From: Eubacteriales bacterium
GTDB taxonomy: Bacteria; Bacillota; Clostridia; Oscillospirales; CAG-272
Assembly: GCA_045660185.1 (NCBI GenBank)
Contig: JAZRDI010000058.1
Span: 8,385 to 72,384, forward strand
Length of the DNA stretch: 64,000 nt
Reading direction: 5' to 3'
Shown here: positions 54,625-64,000 of the stretch, piece after piece
Position numbering within the stretch: the stretch's first letter is position 1
Layout of the letters: every line of letters begins with the position of its first letter
Notes under the pieces: generated by a model
Told to the model about the DNA's origin: nothing
The model's database searches: none
Seen by the model: only the letters and a program-made list of their open reading frames with translations
Position numbers and translations under genes: made by a program

Positions 54625-56760
54625 ATGGAATTTTTAGATATGCCGGTTGAAAAGCTTAAAGGCGTAGGCGCAACGCGTAGCAAACAACTTGGAAAGTTGC
54701 ATATTCATACCGTAAGGGATATGATATATTTTTTCCCAAGGTCGTATGAAAAACGCGGAGATATTCGTTTGATTGCAGAATCTTCGTTTGACGCGCCCGT
54801 TGCTTTGATTTTAACCGTTGGCACAGCGGTAAGAAGCGTGCGAATTAAAAACAATATGACAATTTCAAAGTTCAGAGCGTTTGATGACAGTGGTGCGCTT
54901 GAGGTTGTATTTTTTAATTCACCGTACGTTAAAGATGTTTTTTCGGTAGGAGCATCGTTTAGATTTTACGGAAAGCTGTCCTATTCCAAAAATCAAGTTC
55001 AGCTTATCGGCCCTAAATACGAGCCTTATTTTGAAAGCAAACCTCTTCCGGATTTTGTTCCGATTTATCCGCTTACAGAGGGGCTTTCCTCGAAGGTTAT
55101 CGATAAGCTTATGGCTTCTGTTATAGATGAGGCGTTAACTAAAATCAAAGATCCGTTGCCTGAAGGGATTCGCATCGAGCAACGCTTACCTACGCTTTCT
55201 TACGCTATTAAAAATGCGCATTTTCCCGAAAATGAAAGCACTCTTTCCGCTTCTCTTAAGCGATTGGCATTTGACGAAATGCTGATGTTCGGGTTAGGAA
55301 TATCCATAAACGCAAAGGGAAAAAAAGCAAATGAAGGTATTTCATTCTCGCCATGCTCTCTAACCCCGCTTCTTGAATTGTTGCCTTATGAATTGACTTC
55401 GGATCAAAAAAAAGCGGTTAACGATATTTACCGAGATACCGTATCAAGAGATGGAAATCCGGTTTCTCAAATGACGAGAATTCTCGTCGGTGACGTTGGC
55501 TCGGGAAAAACTATATGCGCTATATGCGCTATGTATATCGCCGTAAAATCCGGGTATCAAACGGCGCTTATGGTTCCTACGGAAATCTTGGCGCGGCAGC
55601 ACTATGCAGACGTAAAGGCTCTTTTTGAAAAGCTCAATATACGCGTAGAGCTTTTGCTCGGCAGCACAACGCAAAAAGAGAAAAAACGAATCTATTCCGA
55701 TATTGAGAATGGAACCGCTTCGGTTGTTATCGGCACTCACGCGCTTATATCCGATAAGGTTGAGTTTAGTTCGCTTGGCTTGGTTATAACCGACGAGCAA
55801 CATCGCTTTGGTGTTCTGCAACGTTCGAAGCTTAAAGGAAAGTCGAATTTATCGCATATGCTCGTTATGAGTGCGACTCCCATACCGAGAACGCTTGCCT
55901 TGACTCTTTACGGTGATCTTGACATTTCAAGAATAACCGAAATGCCAAAAGGAAGAATGCGCGTAGATACCTTCGTTGTCGATGAGAGCTACCGATTAAG
56001 ACTTAACGATTTTATAAGAAAACAAAAGCTTCTGGGTGGGCAGTGCTATATCGTTTGCCCTGCTATTGAGTCGAAGGATGATGAGGAATCTGTTCCCATC
56101 GTTCCCGAATCGCTTTCCGCACCGATGTCCTCGCCATATCCGGAACTTAAAAATGCTATAGAATACACTGACGCTCTTCGACGCGCTCTGCCCGATTTGA
56201 ATATAGAATATTTGCACGGGAAAATGAAGGCAAGCGAAAAGGATATAATAATGTCGAGGTTCGCATCGGGTGAGATAGACGTTCTTGTCTCTACGACAGT
56301 TATCGAGGTAGGAATTAACGTTCCAAACGCCTCTCTTATGGTTGTCGAAAATGCGGAGCGATTCGGTCTTTCACAACTTCATCAGTTGCGAGGCAGAGTA
56401 GGACGCGGAACTAAAAAGTCCTACTGCGTGTTAGTTTCTGACATGAAAACAGAAAAAGCAATGGCAAGATTAAACATTATGAAAAGTACGTACGATGGGT
56501 ACGAAATTGCTGATAAAGATTTAGCGTTAAGAGGTCCAGGAGATTTCTTTTCCAACAATTCCGATGATAATTTCAGGCAGAGTGGCGGATTTGAATTTAA
56601 ATTCGCGAAGCTTTGCGACGATACGGATTTGTTTAGTTCTGCATTTTCTGTGGCAAAGGCGATAGTGCAAATTGATCCCGAACTTTCTCTTTCGGAGCAT
56701 CGCGGACTAAAAGATGCTCTTGGAAACATACTTAAAAATAACAATAATAACATATCTTAA
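54625..56760 (+). CDS. recG: ATP-dependent DNA helicase RecG
   Basis: GDVGSGKT, DEQHRFG, MSATPIPRT, QLRGRVGRG; start at MEFLDMP. Confidence 0.96.
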   Translation: MEFLDMPVEKLKGVGATRSKQLGKLHIHTVRDMIYFFPRSYEKRGDIRLIAESSFDAPVALILTVGTAVRSVRIKNNMTISKFRAFDDSGALEVVFFNSPYVKDVFSVGASFRFYGKLSYSKNQVQLIGPKYEPYFESKPLPDFVPIYPLTEGLSSKVIDKLMASVIDEALTKIKDPLPEGIRIEQRLPTLSYAIKNAHFPENESTLSASLKRLAFDEMLMFGLGISINAKGKKANEGISFSPCSLTPLLELLPYELTSDQKKAVNDIYRDTVSRDGNPVSQMTRILVGDVGSGKTICAICAMYIAVKSGYQTALMVPTEILARQHYADVKALFEKLNIRVELLLGSTTQKEKKRIYSDIENGTASVVIGTHALISDKVEFSSLGLVITDEQHRFGVLQRSKLKGKSNLSHMLVMSATPIPRTLALTLYGDLDISRITEMPKGRMRVDTFVVDESYRLRLNDFIRKQKLLGGQCYIVCPAIESKDDEESVPIVPESLSAPMSSPYPELKNAIEYTDALRRALPDLNIEYLHGKMKASEKDIIMSRFASGEIDVLVSTTVIEVGINVPNASLMVVENAERFGLSQLHQLRGRVGRGTKKSYCVLVSDMKTEKAMARLNIMKSTYDGYEIADKDLALRGPGDFFSNNSDDNFRQSGGFEFKFAKLCDDTDLFSSAFSVAKAIVQIDPELSLSEHRGLKDALGNILKNNNNNIS

Positions 56761-56774
56761 AAAGGATTTTAAAA

Positions 56775-58004
56775 ATGTCTAATCAACCTTTAGCGGATAA
56801 GCTTCGTCCGTCATGCTTTGATGAAATTGCCGGACAGAGTCATCTTGTAGGTCAAAACGGAATACTTCGCAGACTTGCCGAGAACGGAAGAATTCCGAAT
56901 ATGATATTCTACGGCCCTCCCGGTACGGGAAAAACCACGGTTGCAAATATAATTGCAAAATCCTCCGGAATGCAGCTTTACAAGCTGAATGCAACAACAG
57001 CTTCGCTTGCCGATGTTAAGGAGGTCATAAATTCAAGTGATAATATGTTTTCATCAAACGGGACTCTTCTCTATCTTGACGAGATACAGTATTTTAATCG
57101 AAAGCAACAGCAGTCGCTTCTTGAATTTATCGAAAACGGAAAAATAACTCTTATTGCATCGACAACCGAAAATCCGTATTTTTATATATACAACGCTATA
57201 CTTTCACGTTCATCGGTATTCGAATTTAAATCAGTAAATGCGGAGGATTGTATCCCGACTTTACGAAGAGCGCTAAAACTATTAAACGAGGAGTTTGGAT
57301 CTAACAAGAAAATCGACGATGCAGTTTTACTTGCGATAGCAAGCACGTGTGCGGGCGACGTAAGAATGAGCATTGGAATTCTCGAAAACGCATTCTACGT
57401 GTCGGGAGATGTAATTGATGAAAAGACCGTGACTGACCTTATTCCGTCGGTAATAGGGCATTTTGACCGAAGCGGTGACGTGCATTACGATCTTCTTTCT
57501 TGCTTGCAAAAATCAATTAGAGGCTCTGATCCGGATGCTGCGGTTTTCTATTTGGCTAAAATCTTGGCTATGGGTGATATAATATCGGTTTGCAGACGCT
57601 TGCAGGTAATAGCGAGCGAGGATATTGGATGTGCGTATCCATTGGCAAGCGTGATAACACGCTCTCTTACCGAAAGCGCGAAGGAGCTTGGTTTACCCGA
57701 AGCGGCAATTCCCCTCTCTAATGCCGTGTGCATTCTTGCAACTGCTCCGAAGTCAAATTCCTCATATATTGCGTATCACGCGGCTTGTGAGGATATGAAT
57801 GCGGGACGGGGCGTCGATATTCCCACGCACCTCAAAAGTCCTCTTTTCAAGGGCTACAAATATCCTCATGACTATGAAAATCATTACGTTGAACAAAGAT
57901 ATCTTCCTCTCGATATTGCCGATAGAACCTATTATCGCTTCGGTTCAAATAAGACCGAGCAGGCAGCCAAAGCGTATCTTGATTTTATTAGGAAAAAACG
58001 TTAA
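56775..58004 (+). CDS. rarA: Replication-associated recombination protein A
   Basis: [40 protein letters not shown]. Confidence 0.94.
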   Translation: MSNQPLADKLRPSCFDEIAGQSHLVGQNGILRRLAENGRIPNMIFYGPPGTGKTTVANIIAKSSGMQLYKLNATTASLADVKEVINSSDNMFSSNGTLLYLDEIQYFNRKQQQSLLEFIENGKITLIASTTENPYFYIYNAILSRSSVFEFKSVNAEDCIPTLRRALKLLNEEFGSNKKIDDAVLLAIASTCAGDVRMSIGILENAFYVSGDVIDEKTVTDLIPSVIGHFDRSGDVHYDLLSCLQKSIRGSDPDAAVFYLAKILAMGDIISVCRRLQVIASEDIGCAYPLASVITRSLTESAKELGLPEAAIPLSNAVCILATAPKSNSSYIAYHAACEDMNAGRGVDIPTHLKSPLFKGYKYPHDYENHYVEQRYLPLDIADRTYYRFGSNKTEQAAKAYLDFIRKKR

Positions 58005-58170
58005 ATAGGCTTTTTGTGGCATTAAGAGACAAAATTGACGCAAAATATTTATGTTTATAAAGCGCATAACTTGACAAAATGCATTTTTTTTGGTATAATA
58101 CTAAAGAATTAAGCGTAATGCTTAACATATAAAAGCCATTTGTTCACGATTTCTCATTGGAGAGTATCTT

Positions 58171-59115
58171 ATGATATATCATTTTGTTCTCAACCCCATG
58201 TCGGGTAAAAATTATAAAAAAGCGCAAAAAAACGTAAAGGTAATGACCGATAAAATCAGAACAGCTTGCCAGAAAAGGCAGTTGAGCTACCGTATATATT
58301 ATACTACGAGCGTTGGAGACGCCACCGAATACGTGCGTTCAATGGTTAACAGCACTCAGGATAGGCAACGTTTTATATGCGTTGGCGGTGACGGAACTAT
58401 TAACGAAATAGTCAATAGCGCGCCTTGTTCGCCAAACGTAGAATTTGGCGTAATTCCGCACGGGTCGGGCAATGACTTCGTTCGTAATTTCACGCGAACC
58501 GAGCTGTTTAAGGATATTGACGCTCAAATTGACGGTGAAACGGTTTCGCTCGACCTTATTAAGTACAACGACGCATACTGCGCGAATATGATTAATATCG
58601 GATTCGATTGCTCTGTCGTTAAGGTTGCCGTAAAGCTTAAAAAGATGCGCCTTGTTACTCCCGGCTTTGCATATATAGCTGGTGTTTTTGTTGCGCTCTT
58701 CAAAAAATACGGCACAGATATGAAGATTATATTCGATGACGGCGAGGTTATCGATTCGCAGCTTCTATTGACCGCTATAGGAAACGGAAAATTTTGCGGC
58801 GGAGGTTTTAATTCCCTTCCCAAAGCTTTGCTTGACGATGGAATAATTGACATTGCCGTGATTAAAAAGGTTTCAAGACTTACCTTTATCAGTCTTGTTA
58901 ACGCATACAAAAGAGGAACTTACTTAAATAACAAAAGAGCTCAAAAGTATATTACTTATAAGAGAGTTTCTCACTTTAAAATGGAATTTGATAATCCGAT
59001 ACCGATTTGTGTTGACGGCGAAATCAAGGGCGCTAAAAACATAGATTTCTCGGTAGTCAGAAACGGATTTAATTTCGTAATTCCAAAGGGCTCAAAAATG
59101 AAGTTTAAGAAGTAA
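58171..59115 (+). CDS. Diacylglycerol kinase-family lipid kinase (YegS-like)
   Basis: NPMSG, VGGDGTINE, PHGSGNDF, GGGF, VDGE. Confidence 0.9.
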   Translation: MIYHFVLNPMSGKNYKKAQKNVKVMTDKIRTACQKRQLSYRIYYTTSVGDATEYVRSMVNSTQDRQRFICVGGDGTINEIVNSAPCSPNVEFGVIPHGSGNDFVRNFTRTELFKDIDAQIDGETVSLDLIKYNDAYCANMINIGFDCSVVKVAVKLKKMRLVTPGFAYIAGVFVALFKKYGTDMKIIFDDGEVIDSQLLLTAIGNGKFCGGGFNSLPKALLDDGIIDIAVIKKVSRLTFISLVNAYKRGTYLNNKRAQKYITYKRVSHFKMEFDNPIPICVDGEIKGAKNIDFSVVRNGFNFVIPKGSKMKFKK

Positions 59116-59131
59116 AAGAAGACTTCTTTAG

Positions 59132-61333
59132 ATGAATATATTAGATAAAAGGCCGCTTGGGTTAATACTTTGTGTTATACTCGGTGGCTTTTCTGTTTTT
59201 GAGTTTCTTTCACCCTTGATGCGTGCGCTTTTGGTTGCATTTGCAATCTCTTTTTCAATTTTAGCGTTCTCTTTATATAAGCGAAATACGTTGGTAAAGA
59301 TTGCTTCATTAGCGCTTTTGCTTTCTGTTTTTGCCTCATTTTTGTATTTTAACGTGTCGTTTTATCCTAAAAATCTTTACGGAAAGGATAGCGAAATCGT
59401 CGCTCGCGTGTTAGATGTTAACAATCGGAGTGAAGGCTATCAATCTCTTACCGTACGCGTTAAAACGGCTGATTCGAATAAGAAAAGACTTAAGCTTAAC
59501 GTCAACGTTTACGGAATGTATAATGAAATAAAGCCCGGTAGCATTGTTAAATTCAAGACCGAAATAGAGGAATTGAAAAACGACGAAAGCTTTAATTTTA
59601 AGCAATATTATACCTCGCGCGGAATTTCCGCAAGCGCAGATATAACATACTACAGTGTTGAAGGATTTGACAAAGTGCCGTTAAGCTACAAATGTAAGCT
59701 TATACGAGAAAATATAGCCAAACGAGCCGAAAGTTTAAGTAATTTGCACGCAGGTTCGATGCTGAGCGCGCTTTTACTCGGAGAACGTGATAGACTTACC
59801 GGACAGTTGAATTTAGACTTTTTAAGAACGGGCATCACTCATATTCTTGCTTTAAGCGGAACGCACGTTGTACTTTTGGCGGCAGCGGTTAATAAGATTT
59901 TATCTCTTTTTCACATGAATAAAAAATACAGACTCATTATAGGCTGCGTATTTGTTGCGATGTTTATGGCATTGACGGGCTTTCCTCTTTCGGTTTGTAG
60001 GGCGGGTGTCATGCTTATACTGTCAACGCTTTTATTCTTGTTGACCGGATGCAAGGATAGTATTACGTCACTTCTTATGGCATCTGTTTTGATAATAGCG
60101 GTTACTCCGTACGCTTCTCAAGACGTCGGTCTTTGGCTTTCTATTCTTGCAACCGCGGGAATTTTGATTGCGGGAGAAATGTTAAACGAGAATTATAGCT
60201 ATGAAACGGGATTTAAACGTACGGCTCGCTATATATTTCTTTCGTTTGCGTTTTCGTTCTTTGCAATTTCCGCAACTGTAATTTTGAGTATGCTATGCTT
60301 TACGGGAACGTCGGTAATGGGCGCTTTCGCTACGTTTGTATTCTCGATTTTAACCGAGATTTACGTCTATGTAGGTATAGTTATGCTGATTTTCGGAAAT
60401 ATAATTCCTGTTGGAAAAATCTTGATTATATTCGAAAGAATTATCGCAAACAGCGTTGGATTCCTTTCAGACCTTCCCTTTTCTTATTCCTCTTCGGAAT
60501 TTGCGCTCGTTAAAATTATGTTTTTAACGCTTGGAATTTCCTTTGCCATTTTCGCTTTTACGAAAATCAAGCGCAAAAGGATTTATTTAACTTATCTTTC
60601 TATCCTGTTCGTATTTGCGAATATTATTCCTATAGGTATGACAGAACAAGTAAAACAGCGAGATACCATGCTGTTTGCAAGCGATTCGTACGATAGAATA
60701 TTTATAAGAAACGATGAAGAAACTCTGCTCTTTGATGTTTCAAATTCATCAAAAAGCTCGGCGTATATAAATAATTCTCTGTTAATTGAAGAAAAGGTAG
60801 TCGAGCTTGACTGTTATATTGTGGCTAACTATGGCGAAAGACTTACCGAAAGCATAGATAAGGTGCTTTCAAGCAATCTCGTAAAAGAGGTTAAGCTTCC
60901 AAAACCGAAAAGTGATGCGGAGCATAAGATTGCTTTAGAGGTGTTTGAGCTTATGGAGGATTACAGAACCGAAATTTCCTTCTACGATGATACAGAAGGC
61001 ATCACTGCTGCAGGATTTGAAATTTTGATTCCTCACAGAACGGATAACCTTGTATCTATTCTATTTAGACGAAACGAAGAAATCTATACTTATATTTCGG
61101 AGGGATTGCTTGAAGATAGTCCAAGCGCAGAGGAGCTTCTGTACGTAAGCAACTATATCGTCTTTGGCGGTTACGGCAGAGAGTGTATGAAAATTAAATA
61201 TATCGATGATTTTGATAAACGCTTGAAGGTCGCTGTCTCATACGATCCGCATATTGATTTTGATTTATCATATACGCCTTGGGAACCACCAAAGCTTTAT
61301 TTACCAAAATCTAAATTTTATTTCTACAAATAA
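59132..61333 (+). CDS. comEC: ComEC/Rec2 DNA uptake channel
   Basis: OB-like domain, ALLLGER, TGITHILALSGTH and SVCRAGVM; degenerate C-terminal domain. Confidence 0.85.
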   Translation: MNILDKRPLGLILCVILGGFSVFEFLSPLMRALLVAFAISFSILAFSLYKRNTLVKIASLALLLSVFASFLYFNVSFYPKNLYGKDSEIVARVLDVNNRSEGYQSLTVRVKTADSNKKRLKLNVNVYGMYNEIKPGSIVKFKTEIEELKNDESFNFKQYYTSRGISASADITYYSVEGFDKVPLSYKCKLIRENIAKRAESLSNLHAGSMLSALLLGERDRLTGQLNLDFLRTGITHILALSGTHVVLLAAAVNKILSLFHMNKKYRLIIGCVFVAMFMALTGFPLSVCRAGVMLILSTLLFLLTGCKDSITSLLMASVLIIAVTPYASQDVGLWLSILATAGILIAGEMLNENYSYETGFKRTARYIFLSFAFSFFAISATVILSMLCFTGTSVMGAFATFVFSILTEIYVYVGIVMLIFGNIIPVGKILIIFERIIANSVGFLSDLPFSYSSSEFALVKIMFLTLGISFAIFAFTKIKRKRIYLTYLSILFVFANIIPIGMTEQVKQRDTMLFASDSYDRIFIRNDEETLLFDVSNSSKSSAYINNSLLIEEKVVELDCYIVANYGERLTESIDKVLSSNLVKEVKLPKPKSDAEHKIALEVFELMEDYRTEISFYDDTEGITAAGFEILIPHRTDNLVSILFRRNEEIYTYISEGLLEDSPSAEELLYVSNYIVFGGYGRECMKIKYIDDFDKRLKVAVSYDPHIDFDLSYTPWEPPKLYLPKSKFYFYK

Positions 61334-61444
61334 TTTCTTTGCCAATAATTTGGTTTAAAAATAAAAATAAGCAAAAAGCATAAGTGAGAAGTTTTATCTC
61401 GCTTATGCTTTTTGCTTATGTATTAAATACCGAATTTGGTAATA

Positions 61445-62539
61445 TTATACGTTGAAGAGGAATTCAACGATATCTCCGTCGCGCATAACGTATTCTTTTC
61501 CTTCACTGCGAAGTAGACCCTTTTCCTTAACCTTGTTTCTATCGCCCTCACGAACGAGATCGTCAAATGCAACAACCTCTGCTCTTATGAAACCGCGCTC
61601 AAAGTCAGAATGAATTTTTCCTGCTGCGCCGGGAGCTTTAGTTCCCTTGGTGATAGTCCAAGCTCTGACTTCCTTTACACCAGCGGTGAGGAAGCTGATG
61701 AGACCGAGAAGCGAATATCCTGACTTGATGAGCTTGTCAAGACCGCTTTCGTCAATTCCAAGATCATCAAGGAAGCCCTGCTTCTCTTCGCCTTCAAGCT
61801 CTGCAAGTTCTGCTTCAATTTGCGCGCTTACTGCGATTATTTCGCTACCCTCGGACTCTGCGTGAGCGCGAAGGAGCTTATAGCCCTCGTTGTTCTCATA
61901 GTCACCTGAAACCTCGTCCTCGGAGATGTTGGCAACGTATATTATAGGCTTGTTGGTAAGAAGTCTTGATTCTTCAATCCACACCTCTTCGTCCGGGGAA
62001 AGACCGAGCGAACGAACGCTTTTTCCTGCTTCAAGAGCGGACTTAACTTTGTTAAGTACGTCAAGCTTTTCGAGAAGCTTTTTATCGGCTTTAGCCGCCT
62101 TTGTGGTTCTCTCAATAGCTCTTTCAACGATTTCAAGGTCGGAAAGTATAAGCTCAACGTCTATTGTTTCAACGTCACGCATGGGATTGATGTTACCCTC
62201 AACGTGAATAATATCGTCATTAACGAAGCAACGAACAACGTGAACAATAGCGTCCACCTCTCTGATGTTTGCAAGGAATTTGTTTCCAAGACCTTCTCCC
62301 TTGCTTGCGCCCTTAACAAGTCCTGCAATATCAACGAATTCGATAACTGCGGGGGTGAATTTCTCGGGCTTATACATATCTCTCAAAACCTCGAGTCTTT
62401 TATCGGGAACTGCAACAACACCGACATTAGGGTCGATAGTGCAGAACGGATAGTTTGCAGACTCCGCTCCGGCATTAGTGAGAGCATTAAAAAGCGTACT
62501 CTTTCCTACGTTAGGAAGTCCTACGATACCAAGTTTCAT
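61445..62539 (-). CDS. ychF: Ribosome-binding ATPase YchF
   Basis: [38 protein letters not shown]. Confidence 0.97.
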   Translation of the reverse strand: MKLGIVGLPNVGKSTLFNALTNAGAESANYPFCTIDPNVGVVAVPDKRLEVLRDMYKPEKFTPAVIEFVDIAGLVKGASKGEGLGNKFLANIREVDAIVHVVRCFVNDDIIHVEGNINPMRDVETIDVELILSDLEIVERAIERTTKAAKADKKLLEKLDVLNKVKSALEAGKSVRSLGLSPDEEVWIEESRLLTNKPIIYVANISEDEVSGDYENNEGYKLLRAHAESEGSEIIAVSAQIEAELAELEGEEKQGFLDDLGIDESGLDKLIKSGYSLLGLISFLTAGVKEVRAWTITKGTKAPGAAGKIHSDFERGFIRAEVVAFDDLVREGDRNKVKEKGLLRSEGKEYVMRDGDIVEFLFNV

Positions 62540-62953
62540 ATTTATTACGTCCTTTTTATTTTTTAACTATAATATTATACTACAAAAATGTCTTATTTTC
62601 AAGCGTTTTTGAAAAATAGATTATAGGATTTTTAAAAAACGGCTGTTTGCGGTTATACTCGCTATAAATATACATCGAGAAGCTTTAAGCAAAACCTCAT
62701 AATGTTTTTGAAAAGTCGGTTAAAAAGAAAATGCCGGGCTTGAATACTCGGCATTTCTTGAATCGTTATTATTAAAGTGGAATTAGTATTTTGTCATGGG
62801 AATTTCTTTTGGCTCGTACGCGGAAAGATCTGCTTCTTCGTAGACAGTTTTTATCGGTATATGGTTCGCTTTCCTTGAACAAGCTTTTATCGAACGCCAT
62901 AGCTTCACGTAATTTACCGTCAAGCTCAATCCCTTCGTCATTCAGCTCATAGG

Positions 62954-64000
62954 TTAATCGACGTCCATCAGTGTTCCAATAAAGAACGGTACGTTGTTTT
63001 CGCAATCAATTAGCATATATACGAAGGGTCTATCGAGAATAACGCGCTTTATCTCTTCCGATGGTAAGGCAGCGGTAGCTTTGTTTATACCTACTGCGGT
63101 TGCCGCTCCCGCTTTAGTTCCCTTTTCGGCTATTTGAATATACGTTTTATGAATAACCTCGTCGATATAGAGAGTTTGTCCAGCATAAGAGCCTATGCCG
63201 CTTAAATCAGCATAAACGGCATCAAACGCGTCGGTCATACCCATATCTTTGAGTATTTCGGACATTTCTACCTCATACTCGGTTTCGAATTTTGGTATAG
63301 CAGTTTCAACGCTACTTGCTTTTGTGTTTGAAAGAAGCTCGTGTAAAGCGTATCCGTCAAGCGTATTGATATAATCCGCTATGGTTACGTTTTCCTTCGG
63401 TAGAATAGCAACGAATGCGTATTTTGAACCTTTATAGTATTTGATAAATCCGGTAGCGTTTTCGTCTTCGATATATTTTCCTTCGGTGGAATACATAAGC
63501 TCTACGCTCTTTTTACTTCCGTCTTCTTTGGTGAATACAGAATCTCTAACCTCTGATTTTTCGTAAGTCTTTATCCATTCGGCTTCAAAAGCTAAAGCGT
63601 TTATTAGATACATTACGGTGTCCGGTGAGATTTTATCTATAATCTTGGGTATCATCTTGTCGGTCTCGTTTTTTACCCAATTGTTTATATCGCGCAGCGT
63701 TTTGTTATCGAATGGGGTTTTGTAAAGCTCTGCGCCGAAATAATCCGCGTTCGTTTGAAGAAAATCTCCGTTAACGATAAATGCTTCATCATCTTTGAAC
63801 CATATCGAGTTTGCAAGATTCAGCTTGTAATAATCGCCGTGCGGCAAGGAATTCATATAGGTGTATAAATAAACGTTAAGCTCTTCTGTCCCCATTCCGA
63901 GCACCGATTCCATTTGACGAAGAGTTTCCCCGTTCGCGCCGTTTGCAGTCATTGAAAGCGCGCATAAAACTGATAAAGGAGAAATCAAAGTGCTTTCACC
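62954..64000 (-). CDS. Serpin (5' end beyond the window)
   Basis: ISPLS, INNWV, LINALAFEAEW, hinge EKGTKAGAAT, DRPFVY...FIG; frame open to the window edge. Confidence 0.93.
   Translation of the reverse strand, partial: GESTLISPLSVLCALSMTANGANGETLRQMESVLGMGTEELNVYLYTYMNSLPHGDYYKLNLANSIWFKDDEAFIVNGDFLQTNADYFGAELYKTPFDNKTLRDINNWVKNETDKMIPKIIDKISPDTVMYLINALAFEAEWIKTYEKSEVRDSVFTKEDGSKKSVELMYSTEGKYIEDENATGFIKYYKGSKYAFVAILPKENVTIADYINTLDGYALHELLSNTKASSVETAIPKFETEYEVEMSEILKDMGMTDAFDAVYADLSGIGSYAGQTLYIDEVIHKTYIQIAEKGTKAGAATAVGINKATAALPSEEIKRVILDRPFVYMLIDCENNVPFFIGTLMDVD

Overview
Chromosomal segment of a low-GC, spore-forming Clostridia-class firmicute (Oscillospiraceae/Ruminococcaceae-like, inferred from gene content). 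Most of it is housekeeping: secE-rpmG, radA, an EF-G paralog, lysC, pgi, rpsU, folD, lgt, prs, clpC, acpP, a gdpP-rplI-dnaB-tilS-ftsH operon, recG, rarA, comEC and ychF. It also carries sporulation/germination genes (cwlD, spoIIID, dacF, pdaA, a split sleC-like cluster), a sugar-acid catabolic operon with an AraC regulator, a Na+-pumping decarboxylase operon, three tRNAs (Ser-GGA, His-GTG, Arg-TCT) and a serpin cut off by the window edge. I saw no transposase, prophage or CRISPR array. The unexplained signal is concentrated in two largely non-coding zones. (1) 10.25-11.06 kb, downstream of tRNA-Ser: a promoter-bounded ~209-nt branched RNA ahead of a 58-aa membrane peptide, plus a ~160-nt folded element carrying an inverted copy of the tRNA 3' end. 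(2) 13.1-14.25 kb: a C-free tandem array of KOPS/SRS-like octamers, an inverted-repeat element, a perfect 11-6-11 dif-like palindrome whose half-site recurs in the promoter region of the Xer recombinase gene, and an orphan ~85-nt sRNA. All calls are by-eye motif recognition; no database searches were run.
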